Shown: piece by piece, positions 60,930-64,000 of the stretch
How the letters are laid out: every line of letters starts with the position of its first letter
Numbering within the stretch: the first letter of the stretch is position 1
Origin: Hypanus sabinus
Taxonomy: Eukaryota
Direction: 5' to 3'
NCBI RefSeq assembly: GCF_030144855.1
Contig: NC_082733.1
Coordinates: 16,988,001-17,052,000 of the forward strand
DNA length: 64,000 nucleotides
The notes under the pieces: model-generated
Databases searched by the model: none
What the model saw: the letters and a program-made list of their open reading frames with translations, nothing else
What the model was told of the DNA's origin: nothing
Position numbers and translations under genes: made by a program

Positions 60930-63045
60930 AGACCATGAGTCATAGGAGCAGAGATGGGCCAATTGGCCCATCAAGTCTGTTCTACCATTACATCATAGCT
61001 TATTTATTATTCCTCTCAAACCCATTCTCCTGCCTTCTTCCCATAACCCTTGATGCCCTGATTAATCAAGAACCTATACCAACCTTCAGCTCTCCATATA
61101 TTCAGCGACTTGGCCTCCACTTTGTCTGTGGTAATGAATTCCACAGATTTGCCATCCTCTGGCTAAAACAATTTCTCCTCATGTCTATTCTAAGTGATCT
61201 TCCCTCTATACTGAGGGTGTGCTCTCTGGTCCTAGGCTCACCCACTATAGGAAACATTCTCTTCCACATCCACTCCATCTAGGCCTTTTAATATTTGCTA
61301 GGTTTCTATGAAATCCCCCTCATTCTTCTAAACTCCAGCAAATACAGGCCCAGGGCTATCAAACACATCTCATATATTAACCCGTTAATTCCTGGAATCA
61401 TTCTAGTGAACCTCCACTGGACCCATTCCAATGCCAGCACAATGTTAAGATAAGGGGCTCAAAACTGCTCACAATGTTTCAAGTGTCTGACCAATTCCTT
61501 ATAAAGACTCAGCCTTGCTCTTACATTCTAGTCCTCTTGAAATGAATGCTCATATTGCATCTGCCTTCCTTTGCAAGTTAACCTTTAGGGAATCCTGCAC
61601 AAGAACTCCCAAGTCCCTTTGTACGTCTGATTTTTTTTGAATTTTCTCCCCACCTAGAAAATAGTCTATGCATTTAGTCCTTCTGCCAAAGTCCATGACC
61701 ATACATTTCCCAACACTATTCCATCTTCCACTTTTTTGCCCATTCTTAAAATTTGTCTTAATTCCTTCAGCAGACTCCCTGCTTCCTCAACACTACCTGC
61801 CCTTCCACCTATATTTGTGTTGCCTGCAAACCTGCTCACAAAGCCATCAATTCTGTCATCCAAATCGATGACATATAACATGAAAAGAAGCGGTTCCATT
61901 AGATACTTCTGTGGAACATGACTAGTCACTGGCAGCCAACCAGAAAAGGCCCCCTTTATTTCCACACTTTGCCTTCTGCCAGTCAGCCCATCTTCCATCC
62001 ATGCTCATATCCCTGTAATAACATGGGCTCCTGTTTTGTAAAGCAGCCTCATGTGCGGCACCTTGTCAAAGGCTTTCTAAAAGTCCAAGCAAAAGAACAT
62101 CCACTGACTCTCGTTTCTCTCTCCTGCCTGTTATTTCCTTAAAGAATTCCGACAGATTAGTCAGGCAAGATTTCCCCTTAGGAAAACCATGCTGTCTTTG
62201 GCCAATTTTATCATGTACCTCCAAGTACCCCAAAAGCTCATTCTTAATAATGGATTCCAACATCTTCCCAACCATGGAAGTGAAGCTGACTGGCCTATAA
62301 TTTCATTTCTTTTGCCTCCTTCCCTTCTCAAAGAGAGGAGCGATATTTGCAACTTTTCAGTTCTCAAGAACCATTCCAGAATGTAATGATCCTTGGAAGA
62401 TCGTTACTAACGCCTCCACAAACTCTTCAGCTCCCCTTTTCAGAACCCTGGGGTGTAATCCTTCTGGTCCTACCTACCAGCTTCTCAAGCAGTTTCTCCT
62501 TAGCAATATTCACATCTGCCCCCTGACACTCTTGAATTTCTGGCATACTGCTTGTGTCTTCCACAGTGAAGACTGACACAAAATACTTAATAAGTTTGTC
62601 AACCATTTCTTTGTCCCCCATTATTACCTTTACAGTGTCACTTTCTTGCAGGGTCATGTCCACTTTTGCCTCCCTTTTAATGTCTGAAAAAACATTTGGC
62701 ATCCTCCTTATATCAACTACTAACATATAAACTCCTGTCTTGAAACTACTCAGCAACTAAGCTACTAGTTTATATTTCATTTTTTCTCCTCTTATTGCTT
62801 TTTAGTTACCCTCTGTTGATTCTTAAAAGCTTCCCACTAATTTTTGCTATATTATATGCCCTCTCTTGTCCTTTTTTGCTGTCTTTGACTTCCCTTGTCA
62901 GCCATAGTTGCATCGACATCCCTTTAGAATACTTCTTCATCTTTGGGATGAATACAGCGCCTGCTGAATCACCCAAAGAAATTCCAGCCGTTGCTGTTCT
63001 TGCATCATCCCTGCTAGTGTTCCTTTCCAAATAAATTAGGCCAGC
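60930..63045 (-). mobile_element. CR1 LINE, 5'-truncated (intron 1)
   Basis: VGKMLESIIK, GKSCLTNLSEFF, WLPVTSHVPQ, FVSRFAGNT; CR1 tail at the left end. Confidence 0.93.
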
Positions 63046-63419
63046 TGTGGGTCACTTTTCATTGTCAATTTATTTTTTCTTCACTGGTATTATTTATATA
63101 TCTTTGCAGCATGTGCCCAAACCTGATTCAGTATTAGAAAGTCTGTCCTCTCATCTGTTATAATTATTTCATTAATTGCTTTCAATTTCTTATTCATCAA
63201 TTTCATTTATTTAATCACACATAAAATTGTCTAGGGGAGCCACATTGTAGTTCACTATCCTTATTTGCCTAAATTCATAAAGTATTAGGTGTTAGTTTTG
63301 CTGTGCCTTGCAAACAATAACACAAGAAACAAGCAGCAATCTTCCATTTAACCCCTTATATTTTCTTGGCCATTTTGTACAAATGTGTTCATCTTTTACC
63401 TCAGCACTACCATCCTGCA

Positions 63420-63720
63420 CTAGCCCCATATCTCTTTTCTTAACCTATCAATTCCTGTCTTGAATATACTCAACAACTGAGCCTCAGGGACCTTCTTGAG
63501 CTGAAAAATCCTAAGATTTTGTACTCTCTGAATGACTTTTTTTTCCTGGCACAATCTTGAATGACAGAACTTCCACCATCCACCCCTCACCACCAATATT
63601 GAAGCTGATTCCTCCACTTTTTCTAGGCACCCCAGAAAGAGGAACCATCACCCTCCATATATCCATAAAAATTTCAGTGAGATTGCCTCTCATTCTTATC
63701 AACTCTAGAGAGTAAAGTAG
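63420..63720 (-). mobile_element. Old CR1 3' fragment
   Basis: LYSLELIRMRGNLTEIF, IFKTGIDR. Confidence 0.7.
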
Positions 63721-63739
63721 AAACACAAGAAACTATAGA

Positions 63740-64000
63740 AGCTGGACCTGCATTTGGTATTCCATGTGGCCTCTTAATCCTCAAGACCAAGAACAAACTA
63801 GGTGAAAGATTTCTTGAGCATCTGTGCCTTGTCTACATTGGCAATCCAGAGCTCCTAGCTGTATGCTGTTTCTACTCCCTATCCCTTTCCTGCAGCGACC
63901 TGTTTGTCCTCCGTCTTCTCCACTGCCAGAGTGAGGCTCAATGCGAACTAGAGGACCGACATCTCTTATTCCACCTGGCTCGTGTCCAATCATATTGTAT
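63740..64000 (+). mobile_element. Penelope-like GIY-YIG C-terminal fragment, runs off window
   Basis: TKNKLGERFLEHL..HCQSEAQCELEDRHLLFHL, collinear with 48400-48610. Confidence 0.7.

Noticed and set aside
54752-64000. HDGFL3 exon 2 (expected IDELPEGAVKPP.NKYPIFFFGTHE)
   Set aside because: Not found by eye; intron 1 apparently extends beyond the window.

Overview
Eukaryotic, vertebrate genomic DNA. It is most likely from a cartilaginous fish (shark or ray), inferred from the repeat repertoire: V-SINE/HE1-like SINEs, a Deu-domain SINE, abundant CR1, Rex1-like and Penelope-like elements. The window is dominated by decayed transposable elements. The only host coding sequence I can support is the first coding exon of an HDGFL3 (HRP-3)-like PWWP gene (54668-54751, + strand, [28 protein letters not shown], then a GTGAGT donor). 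It sits in a CpG island, and intron 1 runs off the end of the window. The upstream ~54 kb is intergenic. It contains a 15.35-kb Ty3/Gypsy element (25628-40980, two LTRs, ATCTC TSD) that has become a five-level stack of nested insertions. It also contains several solo LTRs, a chromodomain-bearing Gypsy remnant, hAT and Tc1 non-autonomous elements, RTE-derived short retroposons, and at least nine Penelope-like fragments. Several of the Penelope-like fragments carry minimal hammerhead-ribozyme motifs, and some are in inverted arrangements. No prokaryotic systems, CRISPR arrays, rRNA or tRNA genes were seen. Most ORFs in the supplied track are TE fragments or chance ORFs. Family names come from motif recognition, not database searches.
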